DNA of 64,000 nucleotides. It comes from Entomortierella parvispora E1425. Taxonomy: Eukaryota > Fungi > Mortierellomycota. The translations under genes and the position numbers were made by a program. Shown piece by piece: positions 11,622-21,256 of the stretch. How positions within the stretch are numbered: position 1 is the first letter of the stretch; the number at the start of each line of letters is the position of its first letter. Where the stretch lies: assembly GCA_020891255.1 (NCBI GenBank), contig BQFW01000001.1:372001-436000 (forward strand), in the 5' to 3' direction. The notes beneath the pieces were generated by a model. The model had not been told where the DNA came from, did not search any database, and saw only the letters and a program-made list of their open reading frames with translations.

Positions 11622-14025
11622 TTCCCTTTTTTTTTTGTTAAGAATTAAAGAGAGAAAACAATAATTTTAATAATAGAGTGCTTTGAAAGGGAGTAGAAGT
11701 GGAAGAGAGTGCTTTCGAAGTGGGAAGAGAGTGCTATGGAAGTGGAAAAGAAGATTAGAAAAGGTAAGTTTTGAAAGAAAAAGAAAATGGTTTGTGGAAA
11801 GGATAAAGTGAGTTGGCGTACCAAGTCCCCCGATGTTTGTTATAGATGCTGACGACAGCGTGCCATCACCACATCCCATCGGCATCATGGATTTGTGGAG
11901 GAAACAAAGAGCAGTACCAAGTCCCCGATGTTCGCTGACGACTCTGAGCCACCACCTCATCACATCGGCATCATGGATTACCGCCCACTATCCTAACTAC
12001 ACTAGGGCTAAACTAACTAGTCTAGAAGCGAAGGAAGGGGGACGGAAGAAAAGGAAGTTTTCTCTCTTGATTCTTGTTTCTTGGTTCTTGTTACTTGTTT
12101 CTTGTTTCTTGGATGGGGGCCCCAAACCAAAGAGGGCAGGGAGGCAACTGCGCTCGAGAGGCAGGCCAGGCGGTCTTGTGGGCCAAAGGTCAAGTCTGAA
12201 AGTGTTGCACGACCTTGAGGCCGAGGCAGGTTTTGAGGGCCGAGGTCAAGCCATGAGAAGGCAGATTACTTTGAGGCCGAGGCTTGAGCTTGAAAGGGCA
12301 GACAAGTTTGTAGCCAGAGCCTTGGAAGGGCAGGCAGGTTTGCGGCCAAAGACTTGGAAGGGCAGGAGAGGTGGGCCGGGAGTTCAAGGCCATTGGGACC
12401 GGGGCCAAGGAGGGCAGGACCGAAGCTGAAGAGCCGATGTCGTCGGGCCGGAGACACTTGTTGCTGGCCGAGGGGAGGATGGCAGCATTGTGGTGATGTG
12501 CTTTGTGTGCTTTGTGTGCTTTGTGTGTGTGGAAGGGGAGTGAAGAAGAAATGAAGGATGAGGAGCAAAAAAAAGAGGGGAATCATGGGGGGTATTTGTA
12601 TGAAAGTGGATTGTTCGGGTGCCTTCTATCTGCTATCACTTGTCGACTGCGGTCTCAGATGCGATAGCAAAAGTCGATTGGTCTGCCATGGGGAAGACAG
12701 TCCTTGCTATCTCTGCGGCTCCAAGAAAGATGTGATAGCGAGAGAGCGACATGGCGACACGAGGGAGGGAGGAAATCGATTGGTCCGCTGTGAGGGAAGG
12801 ACGGAAGATGGATAGGAGAACAACAGTCATGAAGGACGGAAAGAAGGCGATTGGTCCGCCATCGTCAAAGGGAGGAAAGATAAGCAAACAGACGCGTTGA
12901 TTTTGGATGAAAGGAGGAAATAAGGGCCATGGATGAAAGCCACACGGAAGACGACGCGTTTGTTTTCTTTTTTTTTCCTCAAATTTGAAAAAACCAAAAA
13001 AAAATTGGCTGAAATTCATCTTTCATGGCAAAATGTCGCGTCTGTTTTCACTTAACTTCTCTCATCGCGTCGCATGGGGACCAGTCGACTTCAGTTCCCT
13101 TGTCCTCCTCCACTTTCATACAAATACCTCCCAGGATTCCCCTCTTTTTTTTGCTCCTCATCCTTCATTTCTTCTTCACTCCCCTTCCACACACACACAC
13201 ACACACAAAGCACACAGAGCACACAAAGCACACCACCTCAATGCTGCCATCCTGCCCTTGGCCAGCAACAAGTGTCTCCGATCCAACGATATCGGTTCTT
13301 CAACTTCGGTCCTGCCCTCCTTGGCCCCGGTCCCAATGGTCCTGATCCCCCGGCCCACCTCTCCTGCCCTTTCAAGGCTCTGGCTGCTAATCTGCCTGCC
13401 CTTTCAAGCTCAAGCCTCGGCCTCAAAGTTGTCTGCCTAACTCATGGCTTGACCTCGGCCCTCAAGACCTGCCTCGGCCACAAGACCGCATGGTCTGCCT
13501 CTCAAACGCAGTTACCTCCCTGCCCTCTTTGGTCTTGGGCCCCCCATCCAAGAAACAAGAAACAAGAACCAAGAAACAAGAATCAAAAGAGAGAAAACTT
13601 CCTTTTCTTCCGTCCCCCTTCCTTCGCTTCTAGACTAGTTAGTTTTTAGCCCTAGTGTAGTTAGGATAGTGGGCGGTAATTCATGATGCCGATGTGATGA
13701 GGTGATGGCTCAGAGTCGTCAGCGAACATCGGGGACTTGGTACTGCTCTTTGTTTCTTCCACAAATCCTTGCTTCCCGATGGGATGTGGTGATGGCACGC
13801 AGTCGTCAGCATCTATAACAAACATCGGGGGACTTGGTACGCCAACTCACCTTATCCCTTCCACAAACCATTTTTTTTCTTCGAAACTTACCTTTTCTAA
13901 TCTTTTCCACTTCCAAAGCACTCTCCTCCCTTCCAAAGCACTCTCTTCCCTTCCATAGTACTCCCTTTCAAAGCACTCTATTAAAATTCTTGTTTCTCTC
14001 TTTAATTCTGGCCAAAAAAAAGGAC
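11622..14025. repeat. Large inverted repeat: arms ~11622-12610 and ~13108-14025, spacer about 500 nt
   Basis: For example, tcctaactacactagggctaaactaactagtctagaagcgaagg (~11991-12034) is the reverse complement of ~13621-13667. The (GT)n and (CA)n tracts mirror each other. Weaker mirrored homology extends to ~11250 and ~14470. Confidence 0.92.
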
Positions 14026-14636
14026 TTCCAAAAAAAAAGAAAAGAAAAAACTTCAAAAAAAAAAAGACAGTTGGTGATGAATAAACCTCCGATCCTTTGA
14101 CCCTCTACTAAAGTTGACCTCAGTTGTGGATGATCTTGTTTGAAAGGGAGTAAGTTAGCCAAGGCAACCATTGCGAAGTAGATCAGCTCTTTGGACCTCA
14201 GTAGTCTGCACAATTGTGCTGTTAAACGCGCCATGGCAAGAGAATCGAGAGATGCATCAAGTCAAGACTGAGAGACGGAGTGATGGAGTCAGTGCAAGGC
14301 AAATGTGCATGCATGCGCATGACTGAATGGAATGACGAAGACGGATGAAGGAATGTAGAGATGGAATGGAAGCATGGGGAGAATCAACACCAAAGTGGAC
14401 GCGCTGCGCCCAAAGATCAAAGAAAAGAGCCCACTTTTTTTTGTTTTCTTTGTCCTTCTAGCTCTTTGGACCTCTGGCCCTCATTTTTCTGGGCCAACGC
14501 ATCCGCCTGTCATTTCCATAGAGTGTGGTTCATCTTGCCTGTTCCCCCCTCTCTGATCCACTTCATCTATTGCCGATCGTTGTGCCAGTGGCCTGGTTTC
14601 CATTAGCTGCAAAGTCCGCCACCCAGATTCAAAGCT

Positions 14637-14760
14637 GCCTCAATGAATTGGTCCCTGGGGGGAAAAAAAAGAAGAGCAAAAATCGAGAGTGAGCTTTTTT
14701 TGCAAGCAGTGAACCGGCTCGGTGCACCGGTTCCTCCTTTTCGCTCGGTCCCAGTCCCTA
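14637..14760. mobile_element. Probable transposon terminus (…CCCAGTCCCTA) shared with ~34666-34816; truncates the NLR 3' fragment
   Basis: cctcaatgaattggtcc…ggtgcaccggttcct…cccagtcccta occurs at both sites. The homology ends exactly at the TAG that stops ORF 14758-15237. Confidence 0.5.
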
Positions 14761-15873
14761 GAATAGCTGGCTATCAAAGAGACGGTCCATTTCATCATCT
14801 GACAGATATGGCACTGCTTTGAACAATGAACGGCTGTAGTCTCCAAGAATTATGGTGGTGTAATGTCTAACGTTCGAATCGTCGTCCATGAGCAGGGCGA
14901 TTAAAAACCGCACAGATGATTCCTGCTTGGAAAAATGGTGATCCAATGTCGATACTACTGCAGAGCCAAGATTTTGACCTCCATTCTTCAGCGTGGCAAT
15001 GAGCGTGGCGATGAGTGTCTCGACGACTGACTCGGGCAACGGAGAATACTTGTGTAATACCAATGTTGCTGAATGCCTGATATTGACATTGGCGTCTGTA
15101 AGTGTGGCAAGGAGAGACTGGATGGCTGATTCCTGCAATGAAGGCTGTTCGAATAGTACCGATAAGACTGAGAGCCTGACGTCCCAACTGTGATGCCTGA
15201 GTGTTGCGATCAGAGATTGGACGGCTGATTTCTGCAATAGGGATTGCTTGATAATACCAGTGCTGCTGAAAATCTCTATCGCCCTTGAGTATAGTGAAAA
15301 GGTACTTGATGACTGTCTCCGATAACAAAAACTGGCTACCTAATGCCAGTTCTGCTGCAGACCCGACACTTTCATTGTCGTCCTTGAATGCATTAATGAG
15401 CGCTTGGGTGGCAGATTCTGACAATACAGAGCGAGTCCTTGTTCGAATGTGGAGAACCTAATTAATCGACTAGAAGAGTCTCAGGGAGGGACAGTCGGCA
15501 GCCTAGCATGCTTCTGCCGAAGTTGTTTTGACGCGTGTGCATCTCCAAGTGCAGCCACCGCATGAGCTCTGATTCCAGTGCCTCTCGGACTGGAGTTTCT
15601 AATCGTTCTCGAGCCTCTGTCAGACAAGATGCGACGACCTGTTGATGGCGTCCTCCAATCAGATCGCGCGGCTCTCCTTGTAAACGCCCAAAAAATGCGC
15701 TCAGCTGCTCTCCTTCCAGCAGAGCTGCCACCATGGACCACACAATCTCATATTGAGTGGTCATACCTTTGTCGGTGAACAAAGACGGTTAACACCTCCG
15801 TGGGCATCATCCCACCTAAGAAGTGTAGCCGTTGAGGTTGAAAATGGCGCACGATCCACGTGGCCGCAAAAAG
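14758..15873 (-). pseudogene. 3' fragment of an NLR-like gene (post-NACHT region and HEAT repeats) with several frameshifts
   Basis: FAATWIVRHF at ~15870-15840, QYEIVWSMVAALLEGE, RDLIGGRHQQ and HEAT units are spread over three ORFs (15462-15782, 14867-15424, 14758-15237). Confidence 0.88.
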
Positions 15874-16182
15874 TGATGGGGGCAGAGAGACAAAAGGGCC
15901 AGTGGTGAGACAGAGAGAGAAAAATAAACGTCAGGGGAAATGTAGGCCCTCCCCTCCTCCCCTTCGACAGTCAGTCAACGCAAGTGGATTTTTTTTTTGA
16001 CTGTCTCCATGTCGCTGACTTGGATGGGGGTGGGTTTGTGTGACATGGTGACTGTTTTCCTCAAGTTTTGTGCCACCACCATTATTCTTCCCCCTCCAAG
16101 GGACTCTATCTGTGTGTATCTTTCTTTATTGATCTCACGTGACTCCAAAGAAAAAATTGCTCTGCAATAAAGGGATCTCTCG

Positions 16183-17172
16183 ATGCATCTCTCAGATCTC
16201 CATCTTTCTTTTTCACGCGGCCGGACATTAATCATCCCCCGAAACTCGACTGATCCTGATCTAATGTCCGATGCCACCACCCAATCTTCCCCCGACATTG
16301 CCACCTTGGCAGCTGCGGTCCTATCTCTTACCCAGAAACTATCTGACCAAGATCGACTCCTCAAGGAGCTACAGGACCAAGCCACTGAGAGCGACATTCG
16401 TCCTGGACAAGTGGTCTACAAGAGTGACCGAGCAACCACTCTCTTACAATACCCGGAACTTCAGAATCAGTACCCAGCAATCACACAAAAACACTTCTTC
16501 AACACTGTCCTCCCTGCAGGACATAACCTCTTTGACTGGAACGACTATCACTACACCGATGGTATGGTCTACAAAGCACCACCAGTCTTGGAACATCAGG
16601 GCGTCACCCTCCCAGAGTTGGCTCGCAAACATGAGCAGGACCTGGCCAAGATTCAGGGACACATGGCCAACTCCACGAGATTGTTCGACACACTCGTCGA
16701 CGAAATTCTCACATATGAAATGGACGCAGACGAGCTCGCCAAGCACGTCATTTCATTTGTCAACACTGCCCGCATCTTGGTATCTAACGACGCCTCCAAG
16801 ATCAGCCTCATGCGGAAGGACATCTATCTCCGCCATCTGGAACTCCCAACTTCAGAGCCCCAGGAGAATGCTATCCTCACTCTGGAAGACCTCGCCAAAC
16901 GTAGAACGACTGTGGACCTCGTCAGCAAGACTTACACCAAGCCAAGCGTCAAGGAAAGCAAGAGACCCTTGCATAAGAAACCCGGGTTCAAGAAGAAGCA
17001 ACCCGAGGACTCAGACAAGAAATCTACCCACGAGAAGTCAAAGGAGTCAACAAATAGCCGTGACGGTGGCGGCAGGAACAACCGCCCTTACAAGGCCAGA
17101 AAGTCGAGCAACTACGACGACAACAAGTCTGCAGGAGACAAGGGAAACGGATCAGAGAAGGAGCGCCAGTAG
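16183..17172 (+). CDS. DIRS gag-like protein (start probably MSDATTQ)
   Basis: First ORF of the element, basic C-terminal tail, homologous to ORF 45189-45857. Confidence 0.8.
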   Translation: MHLSDLHLSFSRGRTLIIPRNSTDPDLMSDATTQSSPDIATLAAAVLSLTQKLSDQDRLLKELQDQATESDIRPGQVVYKSDRATTLLQYPELQNQYPAITQKHFFNTVLPAGHNLFDWNDYHYTDGMVYKAPPVLEHQGVTLPELARKHEQDLAKIQGHMANSTRLFDTLVDEILTYEMDADELAKHVISFVNTARILVSNDASKISLMRKDIYLRHLELPTSEPQENAILTLEDLAKRRTTVDLVSKTYTKPSVKESKRPLHKKPGFKKKQPEDSDKKSTHEKSKESTNSRDGGGRNNRPYKARKSSNYDDNKSAGDKGNGSEKERQ

Positions 17173-19035
17173 GAGCACGCCTTCTCCAATTCAAACGGGA
17201 ATGGGAGGAGATGACAGATTCAACTTGGGTCAACAACATTGTCAGCAAGGGGTACTCGATCGTCTTCAGCAAACCACCGCCAATGCGCCTCCCACCAATC
17301 CACGATCCCTACACCACACCAGCGGAGAAGGAGGAAATAAACAAAGAGATCGTTTCTTTATTACAAAAAAGGGCCATAGAAGAATGCTCAGGCTGGGGAT
17401 ATTACAGCCGTCTATTCACAATACCCAAGAAGACAGGGGGCCTCCGCCCTGTCCTCAACCTTCGACCTCTCAACCAACACCTGAAGGCCCCACATTTCAA
17501 GATGGAGACGCTCACTCACATCTGCCAAATGTTGCGGCCGAAGGATTGGTTGACATCAATCGACTTAAGCGACGCCTTCCTCCACGTCGCCGTACAGCCG
17601 AAAAAGTCGACGCTACCTACGCTTCCGATGGCACGGGAAGACATATCAGTTCAGGACCCTTCCATTCGGTCTCTCACTGTCCCCTTACGTCTTCACCAAG
17701 ATCATACGACCCATCCTGCAGTGGGCACGCAAACAGGGGATCCGCATTTCAGCATATTTAGACGACATATTAGTTGCCGCAACCAGCAGAGAAGAGTCAG
17801 AAAGACACACTCTCATGGTACGTCAGAAGCTGGAACGACTGGGATTCCTCATTCAGAACGAGAAATCAATGCTTACGCCTTTGCAACAGATCAATCACCT
17901 GGGATTTCACATAGACACCGTCCAAATGTCACTGTCAGTCCCGGGGAACAAGATCCGAGACCTGAGGAGAGAAGCCAACAAGATGCTGCAGGCAGCAGCA
18001 GTCCCGCTGAAGAGATTGGCGTCCTTCATAGGGAGAGCGATGTCCATGACAGTGGCCATCTTTCCAGCACGACTAAAGACGCGCCGACTCATCCAAGCTC
18101 AGAACTCAGCATTAGCAAGGAACTGCCCATGGACGGAGTCTGTCACACTGGACCACCAATCGAAAGAGGATCTTCAATGGTGGTGCAAAAACCTGTCGAC
18201 ATGGAATGGTCAGGGATTCCTCCCCCAGAGGTCAGAGATCGATGTATTCACGGATGCATCTCAGGACGCATGGGGGATAGTCTACGAGGACGAGGAGATC
18301 TCGAAGACATGGACACAGGAGGAGCAACCGTATCACATCAATTACAAGGAATTGAAGGTGATATGGCATCTGATACACCTGCCGGACATGCGCGGCAGGA
18401 CAATCCAGGTAATCTGCGACAATACGACGGCAATTGCGCAGATAAACAAGTTTGGAGGGACCAAATCAAAGCGATTGCTGGACCTAGCAACACAAATTTG
18501 GGACTATTGCATCAAGACGGGAACCCGACTCATGACAACGTACGTACCGTCTCAGTTCAATCCAGCCGACTCACCATCGAGACGCATGACAGCACAGTTG
18601 GAGTGGTCGATCAACAACTCGTTCTATCGACAGCTAGACTCGACCTGGGGGCATCACTCAGTCGATCTATTCGCCACGGCAAAGAACGCGAAGACTCAAC
18701 GCTACGTCTCCTGGATGCACGAGGAGACAGCGTGGAGACAGGATGCGTTCAGCTTCAGTTGGAAGGACCTGGGCCGAGTCTACATCTGCCCACCGTGGTC
18801 ACTCCTCAACCGAGTCCTGGAGAAGATCAGAACGGACAAGGTGCAGGCGACAGTGATCACACCACAGTGGCCTGCTATGATTTGGTACCCTACAATCCAG
18901 GCCATGTCAACACACAGCCCAATCCCAGTACCGAGGACAATGGTACAACCCGCACCAGGAAACAGCCCACAGCCACTGGAGCGGAACCCCATGTGGCAGT
19001 TAACAGCGTGGAGCGTCGACGGCAGCAAGCTGTGA
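17142..19035 (+). CDS. DIRS RT - RNase H - adenine-methyltransferase-like ORF, interrupted by one extra A at 17601-17605
   Basis: PVGARLLQFKREW…FTIPKKTGGLRPVLNLRPLN…IDLSDAFLH in frame 3. After removing one A it reads SRRYLRF…LPFGLSLSP…AYLDDIL, then FTDASQDAWG (RNase H) and DLFAT…DAF…YICPPW (MTase-like). Confidence 0.92.
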
Positions 19036-20081
19036 CCACAGGGGCCGACGCAGGAGTCATTCGCCGATTGTTTGACTCCAAATCCGCTCAGGAAAGGAAC
19101 AAGAGCACATCGAGTCAACGAACATTCACGCAATGGATGCAGGAGAGAGGTCGACCACTAGAGGATACCTCACCTACGGACTTGATGAACTTCCTGAACT
19201 ATGGAGTGGAGATTAGGGCTTGGAAGCCGCAAACGGCCCGAGCCTACTTGTCATCAGTACTCAAACTCTTCCCGAGGGACCGTCAGGAAGAGTGGCGAGC
19301 GGATGAAAATCTGTCAGATTTTCTAAAGGTCATTGGTGCACACACACTCAAGCGGCTACGTCACGACGACGCGGATACGACACCTATCTTCATCGAGATC
19401 CTCAAGAAGGGTGAGAACAAGGGCCTAAACATTAGGCACTTGACATCGAAGACATGCTTCTTGCTGGGACTGGTAGGACTCCTTCGACCGGACGACTTGG
19501 CTTGTATAGACACAAAGCAGTGCCGAATTCGAGATGGAGTGCTGGAATTGACCATCGTCTCTCCCAAGGAACGTCGAGATGGACAACGCATTATCAAGAC
19601 CGTCTTGATACATCCGCACACAGATCCAATCTTTTGCCCGGTAGAAGTGTATCAGGAGTACCGTAGGCGTACTGAGAAACACGACGAACATGCAAGGCAG
19701 CAACACCCCAAGCTGGACAAGGAGTTGTTGGAGGTTGAAATAATACCCCTAATCAGGGAGATCAGCTATGGCAAATCGCCTCTGGGAGCAGAGAGAATCT
19801 CCAAGTACCTTGCCGTCCTCCTGGATCTGATGCCCAGAGAGAAGGGGCAACCCCGCCCAAAGGTCAGGGCGCTGGGAGCTACGAACGCCCTCAAGAAAGG
19901 GGTTCCGTTGGAGGAAGTGACCGTTCAAGGGAACTGGTCATCGCCTACCATGGTGGAGAACTACTATCGAATTTCAAGGACCCTCGTTAGCAACTTCACC
20001 AACACTCTTCTTCCCCGACATCTGGATTCACAGATAGAGTCCCTTGGAGGGGGAAGAATAATGTCTAGCGTTGCCGAATGA
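19036..20081 (+). CDS. DIRS tyrosine recombinase domain (C-terminal part of a long overlapping ORF)
   Basis: LLRPDDL (first Arg), CPV, PKVRALG (second Arg), GNW and NYYR (Tyr). The frame is open upstream across the RT/RH region. Confidence 0.88.
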
Positions 20082-20132
20082 AATGAAGGCTAAAGCAACA
20101 TTTATTCGACACCGACAAGGGACTCTAGATGT
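20029..20132. repeat. DIRS internal complementary region (ICR)
   Basis: 20029-20063 is the reverse complement of the left terminus (16080-16114); 20062-20132 is the reverse complement of the right terminus (20260-20330). Confidence 0.95.
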
Positions 20133-20739
20133 CCCACCCGGCCCGCCCTAGGCATATCTTTGCGAGTAGATGGAGATCTGAGAGATGCATCGAGAGATCC
20201 CTTTATTGCAGAGCAATTTTTTCTTTGGAGTCACGTGAGATCAATAAAGAAAGATACACACATCTAGAGTCCCTTGTCGGTGTCGAATAAATGTTGCTTT
20301 AGCCTTCATTTCATTCGGCAACGCTAGACAGTTGCACGGTCCTCAAAATCGAGCTCCATGCAGAGAGAGCACCTCGCTGACTGAGTTCTGCTCGACGCGA
20401 ACGACCACAACGTGCAAAAGGCGGCGTCTCGGCGATGTTCTCGCTTTTCTTCCTCACTCTCACTCCCACGCACACCCATTCATTAGCGCAATCCCATCAA
20501 CTCAAGTCAAAAGTGCCGACAGTAATAGTAATGGGAGAATCCTTACCCCGAGCGCACCGACTCGGCGAGATCATGTTTGAGAAAGTCAGCGCGCACGCCG
20601 CTTTTTTTGGTTGCACAAACCCACCCTCCTCCATGTCAGCGACATCTCGCTGACTATATTTGAGCGGGGCTAGTCATCCTTAATTTTCCCGGTCCCTCTG
20701 ATTTGAGTCTGCGTCATGTCTTTCACGACCTTCCTCAGG

Positions 20740-20746
20740 TATAAAA
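20740..20746 (+). promoter_or_regulatory. TATA box of the small secreted protein gene
   Basis: TATAAAA, followed by a 5'-UTR intron (GTAAGG 20849, branch GCTAAT ~20910, CAG 20954) and ATG 20960. Confidence 0.6.
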
Positions 20747-20959
20747 GGGCCGCAGCCTACCCAGCATCTAATCAACACACATTTGACTTGCCTCGACTCC
20801 CATAAGACACACTACCATACTCAACTACACGTTCTTGACCAGATTCTTGTAAGGATACATGACGGCGCTATCGTGATTGCATTGCGTGGTAGCCTTCATT
20901 CATATTAGAGCTAATACTTCCTTTGTGTACTGCCTTCAATATCCCCCACCGCAGGAGCC

Positions 20960-21256
20960 ATGTTGTCACTTTTTCTGCTTGTCGTCATGTTTGTAGCCAG
21001 TGTTCAAGCCACAATGGTTACACTTTACACCACCAATAACGGCGTCCTTGGAGTTTTTACTGCTTGCGGTTGTAACAAATTGACGGATGCCCAAAAGGAC
21101 AAGGCTGCTTTTTATGTAGTTAATTATGAGGGGCAATGGGTGTACTGGGACACCAACGACGACTGTACAAAGCCTGCTTTCTATTCCAAATCCTCTGGTC
21201 AAGTGGATTACTGGAGTGGAAATAGCGAGTTGCAGTCCTTCTCCATTCAGTGCTAA
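20960..21256 (+). CDS. Small secreted protein (98 aa, 4 Cys), possibly beta/gamma-crystallin or killer-toxin-like fold
   Basis: Hydrophobic signal peptide MLSLFLLVVMFVASVQA; beta-rich mature part (VTLYT…C-G-C…C…LQSFSIQC); promoter and UTR intron upstream. Confidence 0.78.
   Translation: MLSLFLLVVMFVASVQATMVTLYTTNNGVLGVFTACGCNKLTDAQKDKAAFYVVNYEGQWVYWDTNDDCTKPAFYSKSSGQVDYWSGNSELQSFSIQC

Larger units (their letters stand above)
16080..20330 (+). mobile_element. Full-length DIRS1-type tyrosine-recombinase retrotransposon (~4.25 kb)
   Basis: Carries gag, RT (YLDD)/RNase H/MTase-like and YR coding regions; 108-bp ITRs (16098-16205 / 20168-20275); an ICR (20029-20132) complementary to both termini; a CA dinucleotide at both ends. 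Confidence 0.95.

Noticed and set aside
11833-13649. ORFs of 100-200 aa inside the palindrome and other repeats
   Set aside because: Low-complexity, mirrored on both strands, no domain or splice support; by-products of repeat composition.
17211-20081. A genuine 956-aa RT-YR fusion protein as shown in the ORF track
   Set aside because: The RT motifs leave this frame at 17605, and the middle ~480 aa are the overlapping frame of RT/RH. One extra A explains the apparent fusion.
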